From: Scyliorhinus canicula
Lineage: Eukaryota
NCBI RefSeq assembly: GCF_902713615.1
Contig: NC_052162.1
Coordinates: 108,217,811 to 108,281,810, forward strand
Reading direction: 5' to 3'
DNA length: 64,000 nt
How positions within the stretch are numbered: the stretch's first letter is position 1; the number at the start of each line of letters is the position of its first letter. The notes beneath the pieces were generated by a model, which had not been told where the DNA came from, made no database searches, and was given only the letters and a program-made list of their open reading frames with translations. Below, one piece after another: positions 48,648-61,679 of the stretch. A program made the translations under genes and the position numbers.

Positions 48648-48944
48648 CCATCAGCCCTGTTCGTTTTGATACCCGAGTCGAAGATTGACCATGTTGCACT
48701 GAACAGTTGTATTCAGCACGGCTATCCCACTCTTCCACGCTGCTTGTCAAGCGGCTGATCGTCAGATATTGGTCGTCTTCTGCAGTGGCTTCGGTTCGAA
48801 ATCTTTCAGTCCTCATCTTTCCATCCACTACCCAAACGATGACAACATCGGTGGAGTGTGTAGAAACAACTTCGCACAACAGAGTGGCAGTTTTATTGAT
48901 CTACCTTTCTTCAACTGAAGGGTGTCTTAGAAATACAACAAATT
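48648..48944 (-). pseudogene. IgNAR: IgNAR C2 exon with internal stop; 3' end uncertain
   Basis: ccctttcag|AA TTT... FVVFLRHPSVEER*INKTATLLCEVVS...YLTISRLTSSVEEWDSRAEYNCSVQ...VSKRT; TAG (W->*) at 48901-48903; no convincing donor. Confidence 0.92.
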
Positions 48945-49040
48945 CTGAAAGGGAGAAACCAGAGATTCGGAATTCGGGAAATGTTTTGATGATGAAAATA
49001 CTGGAACGTCATCAAAATTACAATAGATACAGATATAAAG

Positions 49041-50268
49041 NNNNNNNNNNNNNNNNNNNNNNNNNNNNNNNNNNNNNNNNNNNNNNNNNNNNNNNNNNNN
49101 NNNNNNNNNNNNNNNNNNNNNNNNNNNNNNNNNNNNNNNNNNNNNNNNNNNNNNNNNNNNNNNNNNNNNNNNNNNNNNNNNNNNNNNNNNNNNNNNNNNN
49201 NNNNNNNNNNNNNNNNNNNNNNNNNNNNNNNNNNNNNNNNNNNNNNNNNNNNNNNNNNNNNNNNNNNNNNNNNNNNNNNNNNNNNNNNNNNNNNNNNNNN
49301 NNNNNNNNNNNNNNNNNNNNNNNNNNNNNNNNNNNNNNNNNNNNNNNNNNNNNNNNNNNNNNNNNNNNNNNNNNNNNNNNNNNNNNNNNNNNNNNNNNNN
49401 NNNNNNNNNNNNNNNNNNNNNNNNNNNNNNNNNNNTTCGATAGATCGATAGATAAATAGNNNNNNNNNNNNNNNNNNNNNNNNNNNNNNNNNNNNNNNNN
49501 NNNNNNNNNNNNNNNNNNNNNNNNNNNNNNNNNNNNNNNNNNNNNNNNNNNNNNNNNNNNNNNNNNNNNNNNNNNNNNNNNNNNNNNNNNNNNNNNNNNN
49601 NNNNNNNNNNNNNNNNNNNNNNNNNNNNNNNNNNNNNNNNNNNNNNNNNNNNNNNNNNNNNNNNNNNNNNNNNNNNNNNNNNNNNNNNNNNNNNNNNNNN
49701 NNNNNNNNNNNNNNNNNNNNNNNNNNNNNNNNNNNNNNNNNNNNNNNNNNNNNNNNNNNNNNNNNNNNNNNNNNNNNNNNNNNNNNNNNNNNNNNNNNNN
49801 NNNNNNNNNNNNNNNNNNNNNNNNNNNNNNNNNNNNNNNNNNNNNNNNNNNNNNNNNNNNNNNNNNNNNNNNNNNNNNNNNNNNNNNNNNNNNNNNNNNN
49901 NNNNNNNNNNNNNNNNNNNNNNNNNNNNNNNNNNNNNNNNNNNNNNNNNNNNNNNNNNNNNNNNNNNNNNNNNNNNNNNNNNNNNNNNNNNNNNNNNNNN
50001 NNNNNNNNNNNNNNNNNNNNNNNNNNNNNNNNNNNNNNNNNNNNNNNNNNNNNNNNNNNNNNNNNNNNNNNNNNNNNNNNNNNNNNNNNNNNNNNNNNNN
50101 NNNNNNNNNNNNNNNNNNNNNNNNNNNNNNNNNNNNNNNNNNNNNNNNNNNNNNNNNNNNNNNNNNNNNNNNNNNNNNNNNNNNNNNNNNNNNNNNNNNN
50201 NNNNNNNNNNNNNNNNNNNNNNNNNNNNNNNNNNNNNNNNNNNNNNNNNNNNNNNNNNNNNNNNNNNN
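49041..50268. other. Assembly gaps (N 49041-49435 and 49460-50268) with a 24-bp GATA-like island
   Basis: N runs flanked by GATA-type microsatellite sequence. Confidence 0.99.
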
Positions 50269-51850
50269 TGGGTAGAGTGAAAGCTGATTTGGAAAGCTGT
50301 GATGGTCTCCCTCTTTCCCTGGCGGGTCGGGTACAGGTGGTTACAATTAACGTGCTGCCACTATTGCTGTTTATTTTTCAATGCCTGCCGATTTTTATGT
50401 GAAAGTCTTTTTCCAGAGAGATTGAGGGAAGGATTACGTCGTTCATGTTGGTAGGAAAGGTGGCCAGACTAAGAAAGGAATGGCTACAGAGGGGAAGGCA
50501 GGCAGGGGTTTTGGGTCTTCAGAACCTGATGTATTACTACTGTGCGGCGCATCTGGAGAACGTGCGGAGCTGGGACAGTGGGGTTGATTGTCAGTGGGTC
50601 AGAATGTAGGAGATCTTTTGCAGGGGGTCGGGATTGAAAGCACTAGCAACAGCGCCGCTCCCGATGGCCCCGGGGAAATACTCAGGGAGTCCTGTAATAA
50701 TAGCTTCATTGAGAAATTGGAGACAGTTTCTGGAACACATCTGGTTGGCGGCAGGTCAAGGGAAATTCCGATTCGCGGGAACCAGAGGTTTGAGCCAGTA
50801 AAGTGCGATGGAAATTTTCGGAAATGGGAGAAGAAGGGCATTAAGACACCAAAATGTTTGTTTCTTGAGGGTCGGATTGCAGGACTGAAGGAGCTGGAAG
50901 CGAAGTATGGGCTGGAGCAGGGGGAAATATTTCGATACATACAGGTTCGAGACTTTGTCAGAAAGGAGATACAGGGCTTCCCAGTGTCGCCTGCCTCCAC
51001 ATAGCTGGAGGAGGTACTGACGACAGGGGGTAGTGTCAGCGGTTTACTCGGCTATCTTGGAATTGGAGAAAGCACCACTGGGAGGTCGGGGATCAAAGCA
51101 AAGTGGGAGGAAGTGTTGGGAGGATATGGAGGTGGGTTTCTGATGTAAGGCGCTGCGGAGATTGAATGCCTCCACCTCGTGCGAGTCGTTGGGGCTGACA
51201 CGGATGAAGGTGGTATACAGAGCACATTTCACGAGGGCGAGGATGAGCTGATTCTTTGAAAGAGTAGAAGATGGGTGTGAACATTGTGGGGGGGGGGCGG
51301 CGCTAATCATGTTCATATGTTTTGGTCCTGTCCAAAGCTAGTGGATTACTGGAAGGAGGTTTTTAGGGTAATTTCTAAAGGGGTGCACGTGAAACTGAAC
51401 CCTGGCCCCCGGGAGGCAATATTCAGGGTGTCGGACAAGCCAGGGTTGGAAACGGGTGTGCATTCGCCTCGTTGATCGCCCGAAGGCGGATTCTGGTGGG
51501 TTGGAGAATAACCTCACCTCCCTGTGCCCTGGCGTGGCGGGGGGACCTGTTGGAATTCTTGACACTTGAGTGTGTTAAATTTGAACTTTGAGGAAAGATG
51601 GACGGATTCTACAATTCATGGGCATTATCCATTCTGTACTTTGTGGAACTGGATAACATCGCACATTAGTTGGGGTGGGTTGGTGGCTGGGTTGGTGGGC
51701 GGTGTGTTAATGGTGATTATGGGTGATTCCTGATTCCTTTTTCCCATTTGTTTATGTGAACATGCGGGTTGATGTTTGGGGTTTGGCGTGAGGGTGGGAT
51801 CGTCGTTATTGCTATGGGCATGTACATACTTGTTGCTGACTATTGTTTAT
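50269..51850 (+). mobile_element. L1/Tx1-like LINE ORF2 C-terminus and 3'UTR
   Basis: LSLAGRVQVV, GLGLQNLMYYY, HMFWSCPKL zinc-knuckle region; same family as 10030-13270. Confidence 0.85.
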
Positions 51851-51894
51851 TGTTGGTGGATGTAAGTTTGGGTAAAAAAGGAGGCGAATAATAT

Positions 51895-52208
51895 NNNNNN
51901 NNNNNNNNNNNNNNNNNNNNNNNNNNNNNNNNNNNNNNNNNNNNNNNNNNNNNNNNNNNNNNNNNNNNNNNNNNNNNNNNNNNNNNNNNNNNNNNNNNNN
52001 NNNNNNNNNNNNNNNNNNNNNNNNNNNNNNNNNNNNNNNNNNNNNNNNNNNNNNNNNNNNNNNNNNNNNNNNNNNNNNNNNNNNNNNNNNNNNNNNNNNN
52101 NNNNNNNNNNNNNNNNNNNNNNNNNNNNNNNNNNNNNNNNNNNNNNNNNNNNNNNNNNNNNNNNNNNNNNNNNNNNNNNNNNNNNNNNNNNNNNNNNNNN
52201 NNNNNNNN
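51895..52208. other. Assembly gap
   Basis: N run. Confidence 0.99.
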
Positions 52209-52504
52209 TGGTCCCAAGAAGCAAAACCCACTACTGCTTGGCGGCTTCATCAAATGCATCGCCTCTAGGCCTGACACAACGCAGCCCCAGCAAGTTCAAG
52301 AACCGCACGATTCATTTTTACGGCATTACGCCATTAGATAACCAAGGGGGAGGCGGTGGAGGGTGCTAGTGCTGATATGTAAAACGGTAGAACGGGCGTG
52401 GGAACGTGATAGTCCATAGTGATAGGGAGGGCACGGAGGTGCCCGCAATGTGTTTATTTTGGTGTTAACAATAGTGCCTGAGAACTTAGGAAATGCTCTA
52501 CATT

Positions 52505-52690
52505 TGTCTTTTAAATTTGTAATTAATGGGCAATTTAGCGTGGTCTATCAAACTACCCTGCCCATCTTTGGGTTGTGGGGTGAGACCCATGCAGACTCGA
52601 TGAGAATCTAGAAACTCAACATGGACAGTCACCCGTGGTCAGTATCGAATGCGGGCCCCTTGCGCCGTGAGGCAGCAGTGCCACCATGGT
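52505..52690 (-). mobile_element. V-SINE, decayed
   Basis: GGGCAATTTAGCGTGG...GACAGTCACCC...GTGAGGCAGCAGTGC pattern. Confidence 0.7.
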
Positions 52691-53229
52691 TTTCAATTTC
52701 TTGACATTCCTGCAGTAATATTGGTTTTAAATCTGGCGCAACAATTGAAAATGTTTGATTGAACAGGCCTTTCCGGATGGCTCACAATGCTGCGGAATTG
52801 CGCAGAGAAGATGCTAGTTCACAGCATTGTGGTACTGGGTCTTAACTATAAAGGTCCGAGAAGGATGTTCCAACCATCTTGGGTACCTATCCAATCACAC
52901 GCCAGTGAACTCGCAATCAACAAATGCAATGCATTTTCCCACTCCTTATTAACATATCACACTGTGACATTCGCATTTAGAAATCTATTCACGTTAGCTT
53001 GTACCGGACATACATACTGAGTTGTCCCCGTCTCTGCGGTGGAGATTTAATTGAAGAATGACTACGCCATTGCAGTGCTTTAATCATCCTGGGACGACGG
53101 TTAACATACTATTTGCTTTGCAAATTGGTTGCTGATCCCGCATGTTCGCTTTTAATTACTGTTTGATGTGGTCACCAACGACCAATTCTGTATGCACACT
53201 TTCCAATCATTTACTGCTTAAGAAATAAG

Positions 53230-54150
53230 CTGCACCTCTTTTCTTCCTACCAATGTGGTGCGTCAAACCAAACTTCTCGTTTTACTCAATATATTCCACT
53301 GGCCATATTCCTGCCAACTCATTATGTCTGTCCAAAACCTCTGAAAGCCGCCTTGCATTTTCCTAATAATACACTTTCCCGTAAAGCTTAGTAATATTAC
53401 GTATCGTTCCTACATCCAAATCATTAATATATATTGTGACTACCTTGTGGTACCCTATTAGTCACAGCCCACCAACAGAATGAGCGTTTTAATCTTGATT
53501 TATGTTTTCTGCCTGCTAACCAATCTAACCAATGTCAATCTATTATCTCCTAATACATTTGCTTTAATTTTGCTACCCAGATTCCTCTGTGGCGATAATC
53601 AAAAACATGTTTTTCATTTGACGTGCACTATATTCATGGACTTCCCTTTATCAAATCTGTTAGCAACAGCCAATCAAAATTCTAACTGTGAGGTGGAACA
53701 TGAATTCACTTTCATAACTCTATGTTGACCATGTACGATCCGATGAATTTTACCCAAGTTTCATTTCTCAAAACATTTCGAACTGATACTCGCAGTTTTC
53801 CTCCTACTGATTTAAGACTAATTGGCCTCTAGTTCCCGTTTTCTCTCGAACTCACTTCTGAAATAGTGGAGTGTAATTTGCTATTCCAATCAGCATAAAG
53901 CGTTCCTAAATGTTTTTGTTTCTTGTTTTCAGCCGAATACCACTGAATCCACATTATCTCCATACCTACCATTTCCAGTATTCTGGAAAAATTATATTAT
54001 ATCCCAGGCACTAATCAACTTTCAGTCACATTAATTTCTCCAACACAAACTTTTTAATAATACTGATGTCCTTCAAGTTATCATTCCCCTTTAGTCACTT
54101 GGATCGGCAATTCTGGGATATCGCTTGCAACTTTATGAATAAAGAGTAAC
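53230..54150 (-). mobile_element. Very old CR1 RT remnant
   Basis: Degenerate matches (CCAAATCATTAATATATATTGTG, GGTACCCTATTAGTCACAGCC, CTAACCAATCT) to the minus-strand CR1 RT at 25200-25500. Confidence 0.5.
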
Positions 54151-54379
54151 AAAACATAATCATTTAGAATTGTTACCATTTCTCTAGCCTCTATTTTGAA
54201 TTTTTCCTGACTCTGCCTTTATGGATTCTCGTTTTTCATACCGTCACTTTTCTCGTTATTTCTTCATGTCTATAGAAGTTTTGCAGTTCCCTTTGTATGA
54301 TATTTCCTCGTTTACGTTCACATTCCACTCTCCCTTTCGTAACCGTTTTTTAAAAATGTTTCCAATCAAAGAAGGAAAA

Positions 54380-54860
54380 CAAAGAATAAAGTACAATACA
54401 GCACAGGAAAAATGAAATTCTTCGGCCCTCCAAGCCTGTACCGGTCATGACACCAACGTTTGCCAAAGTCCTCAGCACTTTCTTGCGCCGTATCCCTCCA
54501 AACCCATCCTGTCCATGTATTTGTCAAGATGCTTTTAGAACGCAGTTAATATATCTGCTTGCACAACCTTCCCTGGAAACGCATTCCAGGCACTCATCAC
54601 CCTCAGCGTGAAAAAACACGGCCTGGCACATCTCCTCCAAACTTTGCCCAACGGACCTTAGACCTATGCCCCTTGGTGACTGACCCCTCCAGCCTGAGAA
54701 GAGTGCCTGATAATCCATTCTATCTATGCCTCTCATAATCTTGTAGACCTCTATCAGGTCACCCCTCAACCTCTGTCTTTCTAACGGAAACAGTCCGAGT
54801 CTATTCAGCCTCTTCGCATAGCTAACACCATCCAGACCAGGCATCATCCTGGCAAACCAA
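54380..54860 (-). mobile_element. CR1 LINE 3' fragment
   Basis: MMPGLDGVSY..RLNRLGLFPLERQRLRGDLIEVYKIMRG plus 3'UTR tail. Confidence 0.9.
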
Positions 54861-55180
54861 AGACTTCCTTTTTCTTTCTAGTAACTGTATAATTCAGTGT
54901 AATTTAATCTTATGAAATCTTAAAAATCCTTTCACATCTATGGATGTTCGAATTTTGTTTTTGGGCACCTTACCATTTTCCTGAAATCATTTCGAAGCAT
55001 CCTTAATGTAAAGTCTCACTGATCCATAAAAGGTCATTGATATCAATCACCGAAGAGCTTCTGGAAATGCTAATCCACAGTGATAAATTACCACAACTAT
55101 ATTTCATCATTTATAATACTGTTAAAGAAAGGTAGCAGCATGTACCTGTACAAGCCTGCCAATGAGTTAAATTTCCTCAC

Positions 55181-55496
55181 CTGATTTTGATCTAATTTCT
55201 TTTCGCGTGTTACTGTTGGTTGCAGAATGGGCCACTTGCCAGCAGTACGCAGAACCGCTGCCCCATTCTTGCAGCGGCAATTTAAGAAACCTTGTAGAGC
55301 TGTAGAGTCCGCTTGATGATGTAGTTGGGGGCTCAGTGGTGAAGCCAGACTGTACGGGTCCTTCCGTTCTTCTCCCAAATAACTGCAGTGTTTTCAGGAT
55401 AGTATCCGCTGATCAGACAAAGTAGCTGTACACAATTCGTTCCTTTCAATTCTTCAGTTTCAGAATACAGGAGACTGATGATTGATGCAGTGCGTC
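55181..55496 (-). pseudogene. IgNAR: IgNAR C1 exon with +1 frameshift
   Basis: ttttgaattctag|GA CGC... RTASIISLLYSETEELKGTNCVQLLCLISGYYPENTAVIWEKNGRT [+C at 55356-55358] VQSGFTT...LPLQEWGSGSAYCWQVAHSATNSNTRKEIRSKS G|GTGAGG; 316 nt (3n+1); shifted-frame stop at 55333-55335. Confidence 0.95.
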
Positions 55497-55575
55497 CTAG
55501 AATTCAAAATAGTCACTTATTCCCTTCCATAATATAGTTGAGAAAGTTTCACTGTTGAACTGGACACTGGACACT

Positions 55576-55905
55576 GGGCAGCACGGTAGCATGGTGGTTA
55601 GCTTAAATGCTTCACAGCTCCAGGGTCCCAGGTTCGGTTCCCGGCTGGGTCGCTGTCTGTGCGGAGTCTGCACGTCCTCCGCGTGGGTTTCCTCCGGGTG
55701 CTCCGGTTTCCTCCCACAGTCCAAAGATGTGCCGGTTAGGTGGATTGGCCATGCTAAATTGCCCGTAGTGTCCTAAAAAGTAAGGTTAAGTGGGGGTTGT
55801 TGGGTTACGGGTATAGGGTGGATACGTGGGTTTCAGTAGGGTGATCATTGCTCGGCACAACATCGAGGGCCGAAGGGCCTGTTCTGTTCTGTTCTATGTT
55901 CTATT
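55576..55905 (+). mobile_element. HE1-like V-SINE (young)
   Basis: Nearly identical to 59915-60258 and to the reverse complement of 19295-19629. Confidence 0.92.
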
Positions 55906-58214
55906 TATTCCGCAACATTAACATAAAGTAACAGTTATGGGAGCTTGCCCTCCAAATTTGCAGTCACGGCTGCAACAAGACAAAATTATTGCATTTCAGC
56001 AAGTTTTTCATTTGCTCCACACCGCCTTCTGACGCCTGATAACGTACAGGGCTCCTGAAACACCCAACCATTCCTCCTTAAATATATGGAACTATTTGGA
56101 ACAATGCCGTTTACTTGATTCTGCGTGACAGTGCCGTTGCAAGAACATAAGAAATACATTGAATCTCAGAAAACAGCTACTAATTCTTCATAAAATATGA
56201 TTGCATGAAGGTCAGTGACTCCGCAGAGCTAAAGGAACACAGGTGACATACGCGACTAATCATAAAATGAATTGCATTTGCAATGACACTAAACTTTTTT
56301 TTCACCAGCATATTATTCCCTTATGCGTAACACATTATTAGTTTTGCCAACTGTGTCTGGAATTCTATGTCGGTGCTCGGTGCCTTACCACGGTCAATCA
56401 TGGTCTGGATTTGAAAGTTCACATCCTTTTCTTCAAACCCCTGATGACTTAGCCCAACTCTATCCCTGCAATATCCTCCAACCCCCCAACGCAAAAACTG
56501 TGCTCATCCAGGAACAACTTCGACAGATTCCTCAATGTCCATTGCGGCACAATTGCTGCCAAGGACCTTATCCTCTCGAATTCCAGAACTGAACAGCTTC
56601 GCTTCTGTAGTTCCTTTAGCTAATTTGAACAAACCTTTACCAGATGTTACAATATCACAAAATCTGGTTCGTTGTGTAATTTGCATTTGTAATCTTACCG
56701 CAAAGCATCTAACATGCTTTATTACCCGAAATGCGTTTTTAAAATAGAAGTTGTTTTCGGTCATCATTTTCCTGTTAGTAAGCTGCTTCAACTTTCCGAC
56801 TGATGGATGACTTTTATTTCATATTTTTAGCGGACAATACACTGAAATGACCGTTTCTTAAGAAATGGGAAGTTTGGATTTTTTAAGAGACTGGAGCAGC
56901 CCGTTTGTACAGCAGGGAGCAGAGGTTTGATAATTTCAGTTAAGAGACTTGTAGAAACCCAGGATTCTCACGAAGGGACTATTGCAGTCTCGAACACTCC
57001 TGCTGGCTCCTGAAAAGAACAATAATACACATTGTGAAGAAGTCACATTACTGCGCCCTCCTGTGGCCGAAATATGTAGTGCATTTTTCCGCATGGACAT
57101 GCTGGGCCGAAGGGTCCGTTCCATTGCGAACCTCTATATCCCTGACTTGGGACTGTGTACCGCTATTGTGGGCGGTGCATCACGACTTGAAATGACCAGT
57201 TTCGACATATATTCACAGCTGTCGCCAGGGAGCATTGCAGCCCAAATTTCATCCACAAGCCCTGTTGCCATGTTATTTCCCCATACTTTGTTGTGCAATG
57301 AATGTGCGGTTGTTAAAAATAACAATTATTCTGTTAGTGTCACTGCTGCTGGTAGGATATTTCCTCTCAAGCAATCGTTATCATTTAACTCACAATTCAT
57401 CATTAGTTATTTGACTGGTGATTTTAAAATTGTTATCTCTGTTTACCGATTAACACACTCAGTTTCTTGAATTTTTTCAAACGACAATGCGTCACTATTT
57501 TACTGTATCTTACATTTTTCACTCACGGAATGAGTACAACATTATCTTGTTCTCTAGCCCAATCCCACTGCCCGTGGCTGAAGCGCCAGCTCACAATCAC
57601 GGTGTCACACTTGACCCTGAGATGAATTTTTTCAAACACGGTATACTCACCATCACCCAGACAATTTACATAATCTTTCTAACATATGCATGCTGCCCAA
57701 CGGACTCAACTCATCTTATGCTGAAACTATCATCAGTACCTTTCAGTTTTACCACTCCCGTGTTTAAGTTAAGCAGATCCTAATGTCTGCTGCACACATT
57801 CTCACTCGAATCAAATCTCACTGGCTTGCATTTCATCCAAGTTTGGTAATCCCAATCGATTAATATATTACTCATTGTGGTCAATTTCCCAAAGATTCAT
57901 GTCTATATATCTCTGGAACCTGTAGAGGAGATCTTTCGATGTTGTGGCTGTGCACGATTCTTAGAAGGTGCAATCCAAATATCCCAAATGTCTGCTTTTT
58001 CACCATTACTCTTCCATTTTTCAAAGATAAGTTTTAATACAATTTGACGTTGATAATTATCAATAAATCTGCTTCCACTATGCTACCAGGCCATGCCTTC
58101 CAATTACATCTCATGGTATAAAGGTACCATCCACTGATCGGATCTTCTTTCGCCAACTGCTTTTATTTGGTGTAAGCACGTTACCGACGCTTCTACCAAT
58201 GGCAACAGTTTACA

Positions 58215-58912
58215 AAGAAGACAAAGAAAATTACAGCACAGGAACAGGCCCTTCGGCCCACCCAGCCTAGGCCGATCCAGATCCTTTATCTAAACATGTT
58301 GCCTATTTTCCAAGGTCTACTTCTTTCTGTTCCCCGCCCGTTCATATATCTGTCCAGATGCATCTTAAATGATGCTATCGTGCCCGCCTCTACCACCTCC
58401 ACTGGCAAATCATTTAAGGCACCCAGCGCCCTCTGCGTAAAAACCTTTCCACGCACATCTCCCTTAAACTTTTTCCCTCTCACCTTGAAATCGTGACCCC
58501 TTGTAATTGACACCCCCACTCTTGGAAAAAGCTTGTTGCAATCCACCCTGTCCATACCTCTCATACTTTTGTGGACTACAATCAGGTCTCCCCTCAAACT
58601 CCGTCTTTCCAACGAATACAATCCTAATCTACTCAACCTTTCTTCATAGCTAGCAGCCTCCATACCAGGCAACATCCTGGTGAACCTCCTCTGCACCCTC
58701 TCCAAAGCATCCACATCCTTCTGGCAATGTGGCGACCAGAACTGCACGCAGTATTCCAAATGTGGCCTAATCAAAGTCCTATACAACTGTAACATGACCT
58801 GCCGACTCTTGTATTCAATACCCAGTCCGATGAAGGCAAGCATGCTGTATGCCTTCTTGACTACTCTATCGACCTGCGTTGCCACCTTCAGGAGACAATG
58901 GACCTGACTTAT
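58215..58912 (-). mobile_element. CR1 LINE 3' fragment
   Basis: KVATQVDRVVKKAYSMLAFIG...LIRPHLEYCVQFWSPH plus 3'UTR; same subfamily as 33510-34524. Confidence 0.93.
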
Positions 58913-59132
58913 TCTATAAAGCACTTTGCAACCAGGAGCGCGCTCGAATTTATATTTCGATGGAGACAGATGAAAACAAAATATTGTTATGTCTGCCAAC
59001 ACTACAAAATAATAATTTGTCCGCACAAATCATGGCTTCATTTAATACCACGATACAATCACACCTTTACACGCATCTTCTTGGATCCTGAAGTTTCGTG
59101 TGTCGGCAGATCGTAATTCCACTCCCGCTTTG

Positions 59133-59442
59133 TAGAATTATAGAATTCGTACACTGCAGAAGCAGGCCATTCGGCCCATGCAACCTAACCCTCCGAATGA
59201 ACCTCCTACCTAGGCGCAATCCCCCACCCTAGCCCTGTAATGTCATATTTAGTACAGTAAGGAACAATTTCGTACAGTAAAGCCAGTTAACGCGCACGTC
59301 TTTGTACTGTGGGAGGGTACCGGAGCACAGGGAGGAAACCCACACAGACACGGGGAGAATAGGCAACCTCCACACAGACTATGAACAAAGGTAGTATTGA
59401 ACCGGTGTTCCTGTCACACTGCTAACCCACTGTGGAACCATG
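59133..59442 (-). mobile_element. V-SINE, decayed
   Basis: Tail GGCCATTCGGCCC and V-domain on the minus strand. Confidence 0.7.
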
Positions 59443-59914
59443 CAAGCCGTAATTCTAAGTTTGCTATTTGCAATTGACGTCCAGGAGCAAGTACATGGAC
59501 ACATCTTCAGGCAAATGAATAAAGTTAATAAATGGGGAGCGTAATAATCCAATGTCAGTTCCGAACTGTTAAGGAAACATACCAGGAACTTTTTATAAGT
59601 GTGATTGGAAATTGCAATTCCAAAATTCCAAACACATCAGGAACATCTACCTGTCGTAGACTCCAGGCATTAGACATTTCCATCAACTGTAAGGAAGGTG
59701 TCGCCTATTGTTTACTCAGAGAGTGTTCCTTCTCAGTTTACCTGCGGTAGATATTAAAGCCTCTTGGGTTCTTTTTATTCGTTCAACAAATGTGGGTATC
59801 ATTGTCACGGTCATCAATTATTGCCCAGCCCTAATTGCCCTTGTTTGTAGGGCATTTAAAAGTCAACCACAATGCCTGACCAAATAAACTCTGATGATTT
59901 CCTTTCCTAAATGA

Positions 59915-60258
59915 GGGCAGCACGGTAGCATGGTGGTTAGCATAAATGCTTCACAGCTCCAGGGTCCCAGGTTCGATTCCCGGCTGGGTCACTGTCTGTG
60001 CGGTGTCTGTACGTCCTCCCCGTGTGTGCGTGGGTTTCCTCCGGGTGCTCCGGTTTCCTCCCACAGTCCAAAGATGTGCGGGTTAGGTGGATTGGCCATG
60101 CTAAATTGCCCTTAGTGTCGTTAAAAAGTAAGGTTAAGGGGGGGTTGTTGGGTTACGGGTATAGGGTGGATACGTGGGTTTGAGTAGGGTGATCATTGCT
60201 CGGCACAACATCGAGGGCCGAAGGGCCTGTTCTGTGCTGTACTGTTCTAATTCTAATT
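59915..60258 (+). mobile_element. HE1-like V-SINE (young) nested in an older repeat (~59770-60460)
   Basis: Intact A/B boxes, V-domain and CR1-type tail. Confidence 0.92.
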
Positions 60259-61679
60259 CAAATGGTATACGTGAGCCTAGTGTGTTTTTACGACAATCGA
60301 CAAAAGTTTAATGATCATCATTAACCTGTTATTTTCAGATTTCTACTGAATTTAATTTTCAGCATCTGCTGTGGTCGGATCATATCCTGCCTCCTCAGAG
60401 TAATATTCTGGGAGTTAAAACTAGCAGTTCAGTGACAAGAGCATTGCAGCACCGCATTTCCATAACGCTGTTTCTCACTCCACAGACGCTGTGAAACCTG
60501 ATTCCATCCAATAAGGGATTCCTGTTTATTCCTAATATATTACATTTAGCGATGGTGTATTGCCCTTCACAAATCACCATGGGTCATTTGACCAAAAATT
60601 CCACCTGCTCGCAACCACAAGTGTAAAACCTGCTTTCACTGAATCGTTTCCATATTAAATTCTCATGTACCTGACAAACTGTCTTTCCATCCTTATGTTC
60701 GCCTATTTCAGTCTTATTCACGGCAAACAGCTGCAATGCTTGTTCGGATGAGCTGCAACTGAAACCCTGATATAGACTTTCTCTCCTTCGCTTATAACAT
60801 TGCGCAAAAATCGTTTAGCAAGCGCTATGCTACCGCTATCCCATCAGTATCAGTTCACACAGATCTTCAGCTTCTTTTGGCCTGATAGAAATAATACTTC
60901 ACAAAACTGCAAATTGAAATATAGTCTGTCTTTCTTTAACTCGCCCTCCGCAAGTTTGAATCTCCTTCAACACTGAAAACCTAGTCCGAAGTTCAGTTCA
61001 ATGAGAAATTCGATTTCACTGAATTGAGGTCGTCTTTTGTAACGTGAATATTCCCTAATAATTATTACTTTATTTTACAACTCTCTGAAATATAAAATCA
61101 CGGAGCGACAGTGAAGAATGACGATAATTACGTATTGAATTAATTGTGGCGGAATTGGTGTTATTTTCTGTGACAATAAATTGTGAGGTTTTACTTAAAG
61201 TTTAACCCAGGGATCTGAGTAGAAGGATTTTTTTTGAACCAAAATAAGGACATTGATAGTCACGAGTATAACCAGTGAGACAAACACCTCACACTTGTTT
61301 TTCTAGCAATCAATAACATGAGATTTCTTTGTACGTTCCACTTGACAAGGAAAGCCACTGTTTGTATTGAAACCAGTGTAGCGTCAAAGACGTTTGCTTT
61401 TCACCAGAATCTTACACACAGGGGTTTTAATTCTCTGGTATACTTGTGCTGGTGCTCTGGAGGTCATGCAATCAAGTTTATTGCTAAATATAGTCCAAGT
61501 AATGGCAGCTGTCAATTTCAGTTGTTCGAAATTGCCTCCAAGTGAAATGAGACTTGTGCTAGTCGTTTTGTCAATGCACCTGATCAACTTCCGGAACCAT
61601 AGTTTACACTGTTTTTCAACGGATTAATTTCACAGTCGCTTTTTCTTGGATTTAACTTCACATCTCGGAAATAGTTTTG

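Noticed and set aside
48707-49459. 250-aa and similar X-filled ORFs (also 51812-52277)
   Set aside because: Artefacts of N runs, or antisense to the C2 exon.
55076-55082. CACAGTG heptamers (also ~23094 and ~34961)
   Set aside because: No nonamer at 12 or 23 bp spacing.
55576-55660. tRNA-like A/B boxes in many places
   Set aside because: All are SINE heads continuing into V-domain or SINE body sequence; no cloverleaf tRNA gene is supported.
56679-56686. Octamer ATTTGCAT in the J-C1 intron as an intronic enhancer
   Set aside because: The same octamer occurs at ~4373 and ~31674 outside any Ig context; a single site is compatible with chance.
56982-57470. 162-aa plus-strand ORF
   Set aside because: No recognisable motifs; lies antisense in the J-C1 intron among decayed LINE remnants.
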